From Candidatus Algichlamydia australiensis (lineage in GTDB: Bacteria > Chlamydiota > Chlamydiia > Chlamydiales > JAJFMI01), in contig JAXCHI010000003.1 in the NCBI GenBank assembly GCA_033977065.1, forward strand, positions 64,001 through 128,000: a DNA stretch of 64,000 nt, written 5' to 3'. The notes beneath the pieces were generated by a model that did not search any database, was not told the DNA's origin, and saw only the letters and a program-made list of their open reading frames with translations. Below are positions 14,720-24,586 of the stretch, in pieces (position 1 is the first letter of the stretch; the number at the start of each line of letters is the position of its first letter). The position numbers and the translations under genes were made by a program.

Positions 14720-15011
14720 AGAGAGAGAGAAAAGTTTAAAAAGCTCCCTTTAAAACCGATCAAAACTAAGCACGAACTCATCGGTGTTGATATCTATTTC
14801 TATGGAAAAACTACCCTGCCTGACTTTGTAGAGAAAATGAAAGATGACAGATCAGTGGCGCTGTCGTTTTACAACTGGTGGCAGCTGCACCCAAAAAGAG
14901 ATCAGTGATCTTTATGCAAAGCTTTGCGATGCAGGCCACGATATTATCAAAACAGAAAATCTTTATAGCTTTGATGGAAACTTAAGTTACTCCCAAGCAG
15001 ATAAATTATAA
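14720..15011 (+). pseudogene. Duplicated 3' fragment of icd with 83-bp internal deletion
   Basis: Aligns to icd ~10883-11253; bases 11010-11092 are missing. Confidence 0.9.
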
Positions 15012-15082
15012 AAAAATATACTTCTAAAATAACCAAGAAATAGCTATCCTTGAAAAGAAATTAATTAAAAAAGGCGGCTAAA

Positions 15083-15982
15083 ATGGGAGCTTGGGGACCG
15101 GGTTTATATAGTAATGATTTTGCTTGTGATTTAAAGAGCACGATTCGAGCAGTATCGCGTCTTCCTTACGAACCTAAGAAAATTTTAGAACTTTTGTGCG
15201 AAATGGAGGAAGATACAGCAAGTAATCCTCTCAATGAAGATTATACGACTTTTTGGCTTGTTGTTGCGGACCAATTTTACAAAAAAGGAATTTATCTTAA
15301 GCATCTAAATGAGAAAGCCATCAAGATTATCGATAAAAAACAAGATTTACATATGTTAAGTGATCTTGGGATGGAAGATCGTGATTTAAAAAAACGCGAA
15401 AAAACACTTCAAAAGCTCAAATCTCTGCTTTGTAACCAAGCCAATGAACCTTCAAAAAAAAGAAAAACTTTAAAGGCTCCTCTGCCTTTTATCATGGAAG
15501 TCGGGGACTGTTTTTCCTTTCCCACTTCAAATGGTTTAGCCTTGAACCCTTACGTTTCCAAAAAAGATGCAGAAAGGTATTACAATGCATGTAAGTGGAA
15601 GCAAAATGGCTATGGTCTTCTGGTTGTTTGTGAGAGAGGAAGAGTTTTAGACTACCTTACTTGGTACCGCGTGCTCGTTATGGACCACTCCCCTGAAAAA
15701 AAGCCTTCTTTTAGCAAAGAACTTCTCATTGAAAATAAATGGTCTATTTGTGAACCGGGAGTGTTTACGAATGCTATGGTAAAAAATTGTAGCTTCGAAA
15801 AATTAGGTAATATTCAATTTAAAGAGGAAAAGTTGGATCAAATTTTTCCGAACCGCAAAAATCCTTATTGGAAGGTGCTAGATAATATCGGCATGGGTTT
15901 TTGTTCTTCAGTGCCAAACGATTGCGAGTTAGACAAAAATGCACAAGAGAGCCCCTGCCCTGGAACTTCTTTATTTGAGTAA
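15083..15982 (+). CDS. Hypothetical protein, DUF4259-like N-terminus
   Basis: MGAWGPGLYSNDFACD start typical of DUF4259-like proteins; C-half 'EVGDCFSFP...YGLLVV' recalls Imm26-type immunity domains. Confidence 0.55.
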   Translation: MGAWGPGLYSNDFACDLKSTIRAVSRLPYEPKKILELLCEMEEDTASNPLNEDYTTFWLVVADQFYKKGIYLKHLNEKAIKIIDKKQDLHMLSDLGMEDRDLKKREKTLQKLKSLLCNQANEPSKKRKTLKAPLPFIMEVGDCFSFPTSNGLALNPYVSKKDAERYYNACKWKQNGYGLLVVCERGRVLDYLTWYRVLVMDHSPEKKPSFSKELLIENKWSICEPGVFTNAMVKNCSFEKLGNIQFKEEKLDQIFPNRKNPYWKVLDNIGMGFCSSVPNDCELDKNAQESPCPGTSLFE

Positions 15983-16020
15983 GATAGCACTGAAAAACAA
16001 CTAAATTTTCTTAAGTAGCT

Positions 16021-17160
16021 TTATTTTTCAAGCATAGTTTTTAGTGAGCCAAGAAAGTCGCAGCCGTACATACCATCAATGATACGATGATCAAAGGTGA
16101 GTGAAATGTGAATCACAGAGCGTACGCCAAATGAGTCATCTTCATTCGCTACCACTTTTTTCTCTATCGCTCCCATTCCAATGATTGCGACTTCAGGGTG
16201 ATGAATAATAGGAATGCCAATTTTCACTCCTGACATGCCAAAATTGGTCATGGTAATGGTACTTCCTTGTACTTCATCAGGTTTAAGAGTTTGACTGCGC
16301 GCTTTTGCTGCAAGGTCTGCCAACTTTTGAGCTACTTCGGGATGAGAAAGTTTGTCGATTTGCGGAATTACAGGAACAAGTATTCCCTCTTTTACACTAA
16401 CTGCAATACCGAGATTGATATGGCGTTTCAAGACGATATGATCGTGATCGACTGAGGCGTTGAGAAGGGGAAATTTTGTTATGGCTTGGCTAATTGCATG
16501 GGCAACATAACTTGTAATGGTGAGTTTACAGCCATGCTCTTTTTGAAAGCTCTCTTTGTTTGCTGCAATGCTGTTTTTGATATTTGTAATATCAATTTCT
16601 GCAACGAGGGTGGCGTGCGGCGCTTGATAGAAAGATTTGACCATGCTCTCAGCAATCGCTTTGCGCATGCCACTCATTTTCACTCTCTCCTCGTGGTCGG
16701 AAGCTGGCGTTGAAGAGCGTTTTTTTAGATAGTTTTCTATGTCTTTTTTGCTTACGCGTCCGCCTGCTCCTGTTGCAGGAATTTTTTTCAGTTCATCAAG
16801 AGGTATCCCCGCTTCACTTGCAATGCGGATCACGGCCGGTGAGAGGTAGTGCGTCATCGACTCTTGAGTTGGTGCTGGCTCTTCTTGGGGAACCTCTTCT
16901 TTGACTGTGCTCTCTTCTGCCTTGGTACCTGTTTCAATATGGCAGAGCAACGCTCCTACCTCGAGATCATCATCAGGTTTTGCAAAAATTTTTCTGATTA
17001 CTCCCGATACAGGAGAGGGTATCTCGCTATTAACTTTGTCTGTTGAGACTTCTAAAAGTGGCTCATCAAGATCAACTCTTTCACCCTCCTGCTTAAACCA
17101 CTGCACAATTTTTGCGCTTAAGATGCTCTCGCCGAGCTTTGGGAGCCGTACTTCTTCCAT
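16021..17160 (-). CDS. 2-oxo acid dehydrogenase E2 (dihydrolipoamide acyltransferase)
   Basis: Lipoyl motif EVSTDKVNSEIPSP, E3-binding GAGGRVSKKD, catalytic DHRIIDG. Confidence 0.95.
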   Translation of the reverse strand: MEEVRLPKLGESILSAKIVQWFKQEGERVDLDEPLLEVSTDKVNSEIPSPVSGVIRKIFAKPDDDLEVGALLCHIETGTKAEESTVKEEVPQEEPAPTQESMTHYLSPAVIRIASEAGIPLDELKKIPATGAGGRVSKKDIENYLKKRSSTPASDHEERVKMSGMRKAIAESMVKSFYQAPHATLVAEIDITNIKNSIAANKESFQKEHGCKLTITSYVAHAISQAITKFPLLNASVDHDHIVLKRHINLGIAVSVKEGILVPVIPQIDKLSHPEVAQKLADLAAKARSQTLKPDEVQGSTITMTNFGMSGVKIGIPIIHHPEVAIIGMGAIEKKVVANEDDSFGVRSVIHISLTFDHRIIDGMYGCDFLGSLKTMLEK

Positions 17161-18392
17161 TATTCAAGCCAAGTTGTATGGTGATATTGATCTTCGTTGA
17201 TCTGCTTCTCTCTTTTTGCAATGAAGACTGCTGCTGCTGCGTCACCAAGAACGTTCACAACAGAGGAGACCATTTCGCGTATGCGATCCACTCCTGCAAG
17301 AAGGGCAATCCCTTCGAGGGGAAGACCCATTGCATTGAGAACAACTGAGAGCATGATCAGTCCTGTTCCTGGTACACCGGCCGCACCAATAGCAGATACA
17401 AGAGAGATCACAAAAAGTGTAATAATTTTTAAAACGCTTAACGGTATCCCATACGCTTGCGCAATGAACACAGCTGAAATTGCTTGCCCTATCGCTGCTC
17501 CATTCATGTTCACTGTTGAGCCAAGCGACATCACAAATCCGGAAACATCTTTTGAAACTCCTAGGTGGTCGCGGGCGCACTCCAAGGAAACAGGGAGCGT
17601 TGCAGAACTACTCGAGGTGGAAAAAGCAACCACAATTGCATCTTTCATTCCTTTGAAGAAGGGCGTAATCTCGAGTTTTGCATAGCGTAAAATCAAGCTG
17701 AAAATCACAACAATCTGAATCAAACAAGCGATGTAATTACAAACTAAAAATTTTGCAAGTGGAAGAATAAGCTTTAATCCCATTGACCCAATCACAGAGG
17801 CCATCAACGCAAAGACCCCAATCGGAGCAAGACGCATAATAAAATGGGCCAGCGAATACATAATTTCTGCTACTGATTCGAGGACACTAAGGACAGGTTT
17901 ACCGCGCTCTCCAGAGAGCGTTAACCCAAATGCAAAAAGGATGGCAAATACAATAATTTGTAAAACATTTCCTTCAGTAAATGAAGCAAAGGGGTTTTTG
18001 GGGACTAAAGAGAGAATGAAATCTGACCAACTCATAAGAGGTGGCTCAGTGAAATTCACCCCTAAATTATGTTTGAGGTTAAGGCCCACTCCCGGCTCGA
18101 TAATATAGGCAAATATCAATCCTAATCCAATTGCTACTAAAGTAGTAATTGCATAAAAAGCAAAGGTCGTAAGACCAATGCGGCCCAATTTTTTTGGATC
18201 GTTTATATGACAAATTCCTACAACAAGAGAAGAGAAAATAATCAAACCGACAAGCATTTTAAGCAAGTCAATGAAGATTTTACCCGCTACATTGAATAGT
18301 TCAATATCTTTTTGGACGATCAGACCGACAAGTATCCCTAAAAAGAGTCCTATCAGGATCTGAATCCAAGGTTTTTTGATCCAAAGTTTCAT
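17160..18392 (-). CDS. gltT: Dicarboxylate/amino acid:cation symporter (GltT/GltP family)
   Basis: FSTSSSSATLP, TVNMNG, GVPGTG motifs; ATG 18392 overlaps lpxK stop. Confidence 0.9.
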   Translation of the reverse strand: MKLWIKKPWIQILIGLFLGILVGLIVQKDIELFNVAGKIFIDLLKMLVGLIIFSSLVVGICHINDPKKLGRIGLTTFAFYAITTLVAIGLGLIFAYIIEPGVGLNLKHNLGVNFTEPPLMSWSDFILSLVPKNPFASFTEGNVLQIIVFAILFAFGLTLSGERGKPVLSVLESVAEIMYSLAHFIMRLAPIGVFALMASVIGSMGLKLILPLAKFLVCNYIACLIQIVVIFSLILRYAKLEITPFFKGMKDAIVVAFSTSSSSATLPVSLECARDHLGVSKDVSGFVMSLGSTVNMNGAAIGQAISAVFIAQAYGIPLSVLKIITLFVISLVSAIGAAGVPGTGLIMLSVVLNAMGLPLEGIALLAGVDRIREMVSSVVNVLGDAAAAVFIAKREKQINEDQYHHTTWLE

Positions 18393-19363
18393 AATTCTCC
18401 AATTTTTTCTGACCAAGCGTCGTAGAGATCATTTCCGTATGTGATTTTCATTTCACACTTCAAATAGTTGATGGGGAGCGAGTACTTCTTAACTTTCTCA
18501 AGCTTCACCCAATCTTTTTCGCTACAGAGAATCTCAGTTGCTCCAAGAGATTTTGCTCTCTTAGCAAAAGCCTCTAGTTTACGTGAGGAGATCCTCCTAT
18601 GGTCAGGGATTATTTTTTTTAAGCGCACCTCCCCACCTAATCTCTCCACTTCTGAGAGAAAGGCGCGGGGGTTTCCCAGCGCACAAAATGCAGCAACAGG
18701 TCCTCTCTCTATCTTTGAAAGAGTTTGCAAATGGCAACCCACAACCGGAGCTTGGCTCCAAGATTTAAGTTGCTGCCTTACTTGAGCAAAATGCTCTCTA
18801 TCTTTTGCACGATTCACTACGATAAGTGTCGCATTTTTTAACCTCTCGGGTAAATCGCGAAACTTTCCGCAGGGAAGAAGAGGACCGATGGGGTTTGTCC
18901 CATCAATCATTACAACCTCTTCATCGCGCGCCAATCGCCTATGTTGCATCCCATCATCTAAGAGCAGTACTTCAGCACCTAGCTTCTCAGCCCACTTTGC
19001 AGATGCAGTGCGATCTTTCCCTACAAAGACCATCACACCAGGGAGGCTTTTTGCCATTAAAAAAGGCTCATCTCCCCCCTCTTCAGGGCTTAAAAGTGGT
19101 CCAGTGCCATCACTCATTAAAGCGAGCTTTCTCTCGGACCGCGAGCGATACCCTCGAGAGAGTATAGCAACTTTTTTCGTCTGCATCAGCTGGCGAGCCA
19201 GCATGATGGTAAAGGGAGTTTTTCCACTCCCTCCGCATGCAATATTGCCAACGCTAATCGTTGGCAAGAAGCTTTTATAAACTCTGCGCCATTCTTGATC
19301 GTAGGAGTAGTGACGCAATCTCACTCCTAATTCATAAATTTTACTCGCAAGCGAGCCAATCAA
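18389..19363 (-). CDS. lpxK: Tetraacyldisaccharide 4'-kinase
   Basis: SVGNIACGGSGKTP, LSRGY, GDEP, LDDGMQH. Confidence 0.95.
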   Translation of the reverse strand: MIGSLASKIYELGVRLRHYSYDQEWRRVYKSFLPTISVGNIACGGSGKTPFTIMLARQLMQTKKVAILSRGYRSRSERKLALMSDGTGPLLSPEEGGDEPFLMAKSLPGVMVFVGKDRTASAKWAEKLGAEVLLLDDGMQHRRLARDEEVVMIDGTNPIGPLLPCGKFRDLPERLKNATLIVVNRAKDREHFAQVRQQLKSWSQAPVVGCHLQTLSKIERGPVAAFCALGNPRAFLSEVERLGGEVRLKKIIPDHRRISSRKLEAFAKRAKSLGATEILCSEKDWVKLEKVKKYSLPINYLKCEMKITYGNDLYDAWSEKIGEL

Positions 19364-19956
19364 GTGGCAACCAACTCTTCACGGTAGACGTCAAGATGAC
19401 TCTCTACCATCTCTATCAAAATATGAATCGCCGCCATGTGAGCTTCTTGTATTCTATCAGAATACGTGAACCCATCGATGATCAATTCAAAATCAGCAAG
19501 GCCTCTCATCTTCCCACCGCCCTTTCCTAGAAAGGCTACGGTTACAAGTCCCATCTCCTTCGCTTTTGTAAGGGCTTTCAGCAGGTTTTCTGAATTTCCG
19601 CTTGTAGTCAAAGCAACGAAGAGATCTCCTCTCTTACCAAGTGCTTCTACTCCTCGCACGAAAACGTCCTGAAAGCCTGCGTCGTTTGCTACACAGGTGA
19701 TGTGTCCCGGTTCAGAGAGACAAATAGCGGGAAGTGGTCGACGCTTTTTGCGAAAAAATCCTGTTAGCTCCTCAGCAAAATGGGCCGCATCACACAGGCT
19801 CCCACCATTGCCAGCAACAATGAGCTTTCCACCCATGTCGTAGCAACGCGCTAGGGCTGTACTCACATCTTTTATGAACGCAACGCTTTTGCTGCTCTTT
19901 AGCTCTTCAATAGCGCGCGTGGCATCGTCCAAACTTTTTCGAATTGCACTTTCCAT
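19360..19956 (-). CDS. gmhA: Phosphoheptose isomerase
   Basis: GNGGSLCDAAHFAEEL, TTSGNS, DRIQEAH. Confidence 0.93.
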   Translation of the reverse strand: MESAIRKSLDDATRAIEELKSSKSVAFIKDVSTALARCYDMGGKLIVAGNGGSLCDAAHFAEELTGFFRKKRRPLPAICLSEPGHITCVANDAGFQDVFVRGVEALGKRGDLFVALTTSGNSENLLKALTKAKEMGLVTVAFLGKGGGKMRGLADFELIIDGFTYSDRIQEAHMAAIHILIEMVESHLDVYREELVAT

Positions 19957-20034
19957 TCAACGCTCGAGCGTAGCAGATTGAACATTTTTTTTCCAGTCGC
20001 CTCAAAAATCCCTTTTATTCATACTAGTTTGTAC

Positions 20035-20910
20035 ATGCTTAGTTTCAAAAAAATCGCAATAGTTGGCTCTACCGGAATGGTAGGAAAAGAGTTACAAACT
20101 TTTTTACTAAACCACCCAATAAAAAAATTTTCTTCACGCACTCCTTTAAGCAAATCTTCTTTTGAAGATCTCGACCTCGCTTTTTTTTGCAGTAGTAACA
20201 AAATTTCTAAAGAGTGGGTTCCTGTTGCACTCGCTTCAAATACTTTCGTGATTGATCTCTCTAGCGCTTATCGAGAAGATCCTCAAATCCCTCTTGTCAT
20301 TCCTGAAATCAATGGTCATCTATTGGAAAACAACCCCCGACTCGTAAGTTCACCAAATTGCACCGCTTCTATTCTCTCTCTAGCACTCTTTCCCCTTCAC
20401 AAACTTTTCGGAATCAAAAAAATCATTCTCTCCTCTTACCAAGCGATCAGTGGTGCTGGGCGTAAAAGTTACGAAGAGCTTCTCTCCCAAACAGCCAAAA
20501 AAGAGGGGCCTCTTGCCTTCAACCTCTACCTTCACCCGGGTGACGAGGAGGAAAAAGTGGTATTTGAAACGCGTAAAATTTTTAATCTGCCTGCTCTTCC
20601 CATCAGTGCTACGTGTGTACGTGTCCCCACTCTTCGTGCACATAGTATCTCTGTATTTGCGGAATTCTCTTCCCCTGTTGAATTAGGCGATGCAAAAAAA
20701 GTTTTACAACATCAGCCAGGAATAGCACTTGAACAGGTCACGCCGCAAGAAGCAAGTGGTAAAGAGGAGGTATTTGTAGGCAGAATACGTAAAGAGAGCT
20801 CCCACGCTCTTCACCTCTGGATTGTTGGTGACCAACTCTTAAAAGGGGCTGCATTAAATGCCTTTCAAATTGCAAAAAATTTACAACCTCTTTATCATAT
20901 GGAGACATGA
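20035..20910 (+). CDS. asd: Aspartate-semialdehyde dehydrogenase (compact)
   Basis: GSTGMVG, IDLSSAYR, SPNCT, YQAISGAG, TCVRVP, DQLLKGAALNA; ATG 20035 preferred over upstream TTG. Confidence 0.92.
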   Translation: MLSFKKIAIVGSTGMVGKELQTFLLNHPIKKFSSRTPLSKSSFEDLDLAFFCSSNKISKEWVPVALASNTFVIDLSSAYREDPQIPLVIPEINGHLLENNPRLVSSPNCTASILSLALFPLHKLFGIKKIILSSYQAISGAGRKSYEELLSQTAKKEGPLAFNLYLHPGDEEEKVVFETRKIFNLPALPISATCVRVPTLRAHSISVFAEFSSPVELGDAKKVLQHQPGIALEQVTPQEASGKEEVFVGRIRKESSHALHLWIVGDQLLKGAALNAFQIAKNLQPLYHMET

Positions 20911-21341
20911 AAGGGATCAAACTTCTATTTATATTTACCTGTTTCTCACTTTTCTCTTTTGAAAAGGAATTTACCCCTATTTACATTCTATTAAGCGAAA
21001 AACTTGCAGTAGAAAATCCTTTAGAAATCGCGGACGACCTCATAAAGCAAGAGGAACCTACTTTTGTTCCAATACCCAGCTGGGGTAAATGCGCAGTAAA
21101 GTGGGCTGGCAAAAAAAAATCGGAACCCAAGGGATTTTATCTCTACCTCAATGGCCCTGAAAGTAAGGTGCAAATGAAAGGTTATGCAACTCTTAATTAC
21201 AAGGGTTATCCTACTGCTGAAGGCTTCTCTCTTTCTAGCAACTTGCATCCTCGTATCAATGTCGATATGAACATCTCAACGAATGATCTTGTTCTTCGCT
21301 CTAAGAACTCTTTTGAAACGGCGATCGGCTGGAAATACTAA
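20907..21341 (+). CDS. Hypothetical exported protein
   Basis: ATGA overlap with asd; signal-peptide-like N-terminus; aromatic C-terminus. Confidence 0.5.
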   Translation: MKGIKLLFIFTCFSLFSFEKEFTPIYILLSEKLAVENPLEIADDLIKQEEPTFVPIPSWGKCAVKWAGKKKSEPKGFYLYLNGPESKVQMKGYATLNYKGYPTAEGFSLSSNLHPRINVDMNISTNDLVLRSKNSFETAIGWKY

Positions 21342-21942
21342 GTTTTTCTTTTGTTGTGGGGTGAGAAAAGATCATCTCTCCATGGTGAAGCGCAATGGCT
21401 TCACTGTGAAACGTTTTTGTACTTCCATACTTTTGATCTCCCACGATTGGAGAGCCAATTGCGCTTAGCTGGGCGCGTATCTGATGATAGCGCCCTGTAA
21501 CAAGCTCGATTCGTAAGAGATTTTTTCCTATAACTTCATAAAATAAAACTGCCTCTTTCCCTCCATCTTTCACCACAGCCTTAAAGGAGCCATGAGAGAG
21601 CTTGTGCTCAAGCTTTCCTTTTTTTTCTGTTGGGGTTTGGTCTACAAGGGCATAGTAAATCTTCTTGATTTTCCTTTCGCGCTGCTGCTCTTGCAGGCGT
21701 GAAAGAGCCTTGGAAGTCCTTGCAAAAAGCACAATACCTGAAACGGCTCTATCCAACCGATGAACGGCGTGTAAAAAGACAGCTCCCGGCTTTGCAAAGC
21801 GCTTTTTAATATACGCTTTAGCGCGCTCTTCTAGTGAGTCGCTTGCTGTTGGGCTTGGCTGTGTTAACAAGCCAGCTGGCTTGTTCACAACAAGAAGGTG
21901 GTTATCAAGATAGAGAATTTCTTCGCTGTCTAAGGACTTCAT
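21301..21942 (-). CDS. RluA-family pseudouridine synthase
   Basis: VNKPAGL, VHRLDRAVSG, TGRYHQIR, PIVGDQKYG. Confidence 0.93.
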   Translation of the reverse strand: MKSLDSEEILYLDNHLLVVNKPAGLLTQPSPTASDSLEERAKAYIKKRFAKPGAVFLHAVHRLDRAVSGIVLFARTSKALSRLQEQQRERKIKKIYYALVDQTPTEKKGKLEHKLSHGSFKAVVKDGGKEAVLFYEVIGKNLLRIELVTGRYHQIRAQLSAIGSPIVGDQKYGSTKTFHSEAIALHHGEMIFSHPTTKEKLSISSRSPFQKSS

Positions 21943-22708
21943 ATAGAATAAGGGTGGTTGCTGAAGCGACGTTTAAGGAGTCTGCAACACCGCACATAGG
22001 AATGCGCACTTGCAAATCCGCTTGCTTAATAAATTTTTCCGATAACCCCACCTGCTCCGTTCCTGCTGCTACTGCAATTGGACCTGTTAAATCGACATCT
22101 GTGTAGTGCGTTTTTGTATGCGGGGTTGTTGCAACAATCGCAATACCTCTATCACGTAAATAGTTGAGTGTCTCTTCTGTGGAGGCTTGCACAACAGGTT
22201 GTGTAAATAGCGTACCAACACTAGCGCGCACCACATTAGGATTAAAAATATCTGTTTTAGGGTCACAGACAATTACACCATCTACACCAACAGCATCTGC
22301 TGAGCGCAGCATCGTTCCTAAATTCCCAGGCTTCTCAATCGCCTCTCCAAGCAAAAAGAAGGGGACACTCGATTGCGGAAGCTCATTCAATTGCAAGTAC
22401 TCCTGCTGTGCAATGGCAATGAGCCCATCTGGTCGATCGCGATAAGAGACTTTTGCAAAAGCTTGTTTAGAAAAGCGAAACACTTCTGCCCCTCTGCTTG
22501 CAATTTCATCGATCAATTTTCGCTCATTCGAACCGAGAAAATGTTCAGGGGAAAAGTAGAGCGCCTCAATAGAGATCTTTTTTGCGCGAGACAGCTCGCG
22601 ATACCCCTCTATAATGAAGGTTCCACTCTTATCTCGCGCTCTTCTATCGCGCAGGCGTACCAATTTTTTTACGTGGGGACTCTGTAAACTTGTGATCATG
22701 CTATCCAC
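21905..22708 (-). CDS. TrmH/SpoU-family RNA methyltransferase
   Basis: EKPGNLGTMLRSADA, IPMCGVADSLNVA. Confidence 0.93.
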   Translation of the reverse strand: MDSMITSLQSPHVKKLVRLRDRRARDKSGTFIIEGYRELSRAKKISIEALYFSPEHFLGSNERKLIDEIASRGAEVFRFSKQAFAKVSYRDRPDGLIAIAQQEYLQLNELPQSSVPFFLLGEAIEKPGNLGTMLRSADAVGVDGVIVCDPKTDIFNPNVVRASVGTLFTQPVVQASTEETLNYLRDRGIAIVATTPHTKTHYTDVDLTGPIAVAAGTEQVGLSEKFIKQADLQVRIPMCGVADSLNVASATTLILYEVLRQRRNSLS

Positions 22709-23502
22709 CTCGCAAAGGCTCCGGCAGGTAAGGAAATTTTCGATTGAATGAGGGTCTCTCCCGCCTCTATTCTTCCATGAGAAAAGTTTTGAGAGAGCAG
22801 ATTCTGTAATACAGTTGGTGTATATCCGGGTGTATGACAGGTTAGTAGAACAAAGAGCGGCGTATCTGATAGAAGTTCTTTACAAAGCTCAAGTAGGGGC
22901 CCGATCTCTTTTTCAATTTTAAAGAGCTCTCCATTTGGACCTCGACCAAACGTTGGCGGATCCAAAACAATCGCATCGTATTTCCTATTACGGCGCACTT
23001 CTCGGCGCAAAAATTTCATTACATCATCGACAATCCAACGCACAGGCCGATCAGCAAGGTGATTGAGATCAGCATTGGTGCGTGCCCAATCCACCATTGG
23101 CTTGGAGGCATCAAGATGGCAGACCGATGCTCCCGATCGAGCGGCAGCAAGTGTGGCAGCCCCTGTGTAAGCAAAGAGATTCAAAACATTTGCCTTCTTT
23201 CCCTTCAAAACTTTTTCCATCCACTGCCAGTGCATCTCATGCTCAGGAAAAATCCCTAAGTGTCCAAAATCAGACGGCTCAATTTTAAAGGTTAATCCTG
23301 AGAGTTCAATCTTCCAAGTTGGGGGCAATTTTTCGCGATTCGCCCACTTATTTGCAGGCGTGCGCGTGAAATGAGCATCAGCACTTTTCCATAATTTAGA
23401 ATCACTTGGCCCCCACACTGCCGCACTTGAAGGGCGAACAAGCGTGTAATCTCCGAAGCGTTCCAACTTCTCTTCATTTCCAGAATCAAGCAGAGAGTAC
23501 AT
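22696..23502 (-). CDS. Class I SAM-dependent methyltransferase (RlmI/RlmK-like)
   Basis: HLGIFPE, VLNLFAYTG, IVLDPPTFG. Confidence 0.88.
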   Translation of the reverse strand: MYSLLDSGNEEKLERFGDYTLVRPSSAAVWGPSDSKLWKSADAHFTRTPANKWANREKLPPTWKIELSGLTFKIEPSDFGHLGIFPEHEMHWQWMEKVLKGKKANVLNLFAYTGAATLAAARSGASVCHLDASKPMVDWARTNADLNHLADRPVRWIVDDVMKFLRREVRRNRKYDAIVLDPPTFGRGPNGELFKIEKEIGPLLELCKELLSDTPLFVLLTCHTPGYTPTVLQNLLSQNFSHGRIEAGETLIQSKISLPAGAFARWIA

Positions 23503-24586
23503 CTTCTCCTCTCACAACGTAGAGCCAGAGTGCGCTAATCATAAATGCACTTGTCTTTTCAATAATTGCTTTGCGAGTCTTTTTATGCCCCATGGGAATA
23601 AGCCCACTTACCACTTTACCATCCGGCGCTCCGATGGCTGCCCAAACAGTCCCTACTGGTTTCTCTTCAGTTCCCCCAAGAGGGCCTGCGATCCCAGAAA
23701 CCGCTACCGAATAATCGGCAAAGCGCAGCGCCCCCTTTGCCATTTCAACAACAACTTCTCGACTTACCGCCCCAAATGAAGCCAAAGTTTGGGGAGATAC
23801 ACTTAAATAGTTCTCTTTAAATGTGTTGGAGTAGCAGACAATTCCCCCTTCAAAGTAATCAGAAGCCCCAGGAATTTTTGTTAATCGTGAAGCAATAGCA
23901 CCACCCGTGCAAGATTCTGCTGTAACAAGGCGCTTTTTTCTTTTAATCATCTCTACCTGAAGAGCATGAGCAATACTCGCCTCTTCGCAAAAGCGCCCTG
24001 GATAGGCAGCTCGTACTTTCTCGGCTAATACAGCGGCGCCTTCTCCTTTAATCCGCAGAGTTACCCCACCCAAATTGGGGTAAATTCCAAACTCCAGTTG
24101 CCTGTTCTCTTTCTGCCACTCGCGTACACTGGGGTCGATCTTGGTCTCACTCATTAAAACAAAGTGGATCTCTTCAATCGGAGTTTTTTCTTTTTCTACA
24201 AGGGGAACAACAGCACTTTTTAGCATCTCCTCAAGCTCAATTGGAACCCCCGGCATGGCAACAATCTGTTTTCCTTGAGCGGAAAAAATCAAGCCTGGTG
24301 CAGAGCCAACACTGTTTTCAATCTGCTTTTTTGGCTTCCCAAACTCATTTGTTAAAACTTCTTCTGTAAGATCATCAACTGTAGGACCCAGCCCTCCGGA
24401 AGTTAAAACCAGATCGCTGCGGCTTAACGCTTCGCGTAGCGCAATACACATCTCTTGAGGATCATCTCCGATCGTTGTGACACGCTTAAGTTTGTGTCCC
24501 AAAATTGTCGCAACAGCAGTAGCATTCGTATTAACTGTAAACCCCTCAAGCAACTCATTTCCTATACAGATTAATTCAATATGCAT
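23486..24586 (-). CDS. cinA: CinA-family protein (MocF domain + NMN deamidase PncC)
   Basis: GNELLEG..NTN, GGLGPTVDD, TAESCTGG, SGIAGP. Confidence 0.9.
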   Translation of the reverse strand: MHIELICIGNELLEGFTVNTNATAVATILGHKLKRVTTIGDDPQEMCIALREALSRSDLVLTSGGLGPTVDDLTEEVLTNEFGKPKKQIENSVGSAPGLIFSAQGKQIVAMPGVPIELEEMLKSAVVPLVEKEKTPIEEIHFVLMSETKIDPSVREWQKENRQLEFGIYPNLGGVTLRIKGEGAAVLAEKVRAAYPGRFCEEASIAHALQVEMIKRKKRLVTAESCTGGAIASRLTKIPGASDYFEGGIVCYSNTFKENYLSVSPQTLASFGAVSREVVVEMAKGALRFADYSVAVSGIAGPLGGTEEKPVGTVWAAIGAPDGKVVSGLIPMGHKKTRKAIIEKTSAFMISALWLYVVRGEDVLSA

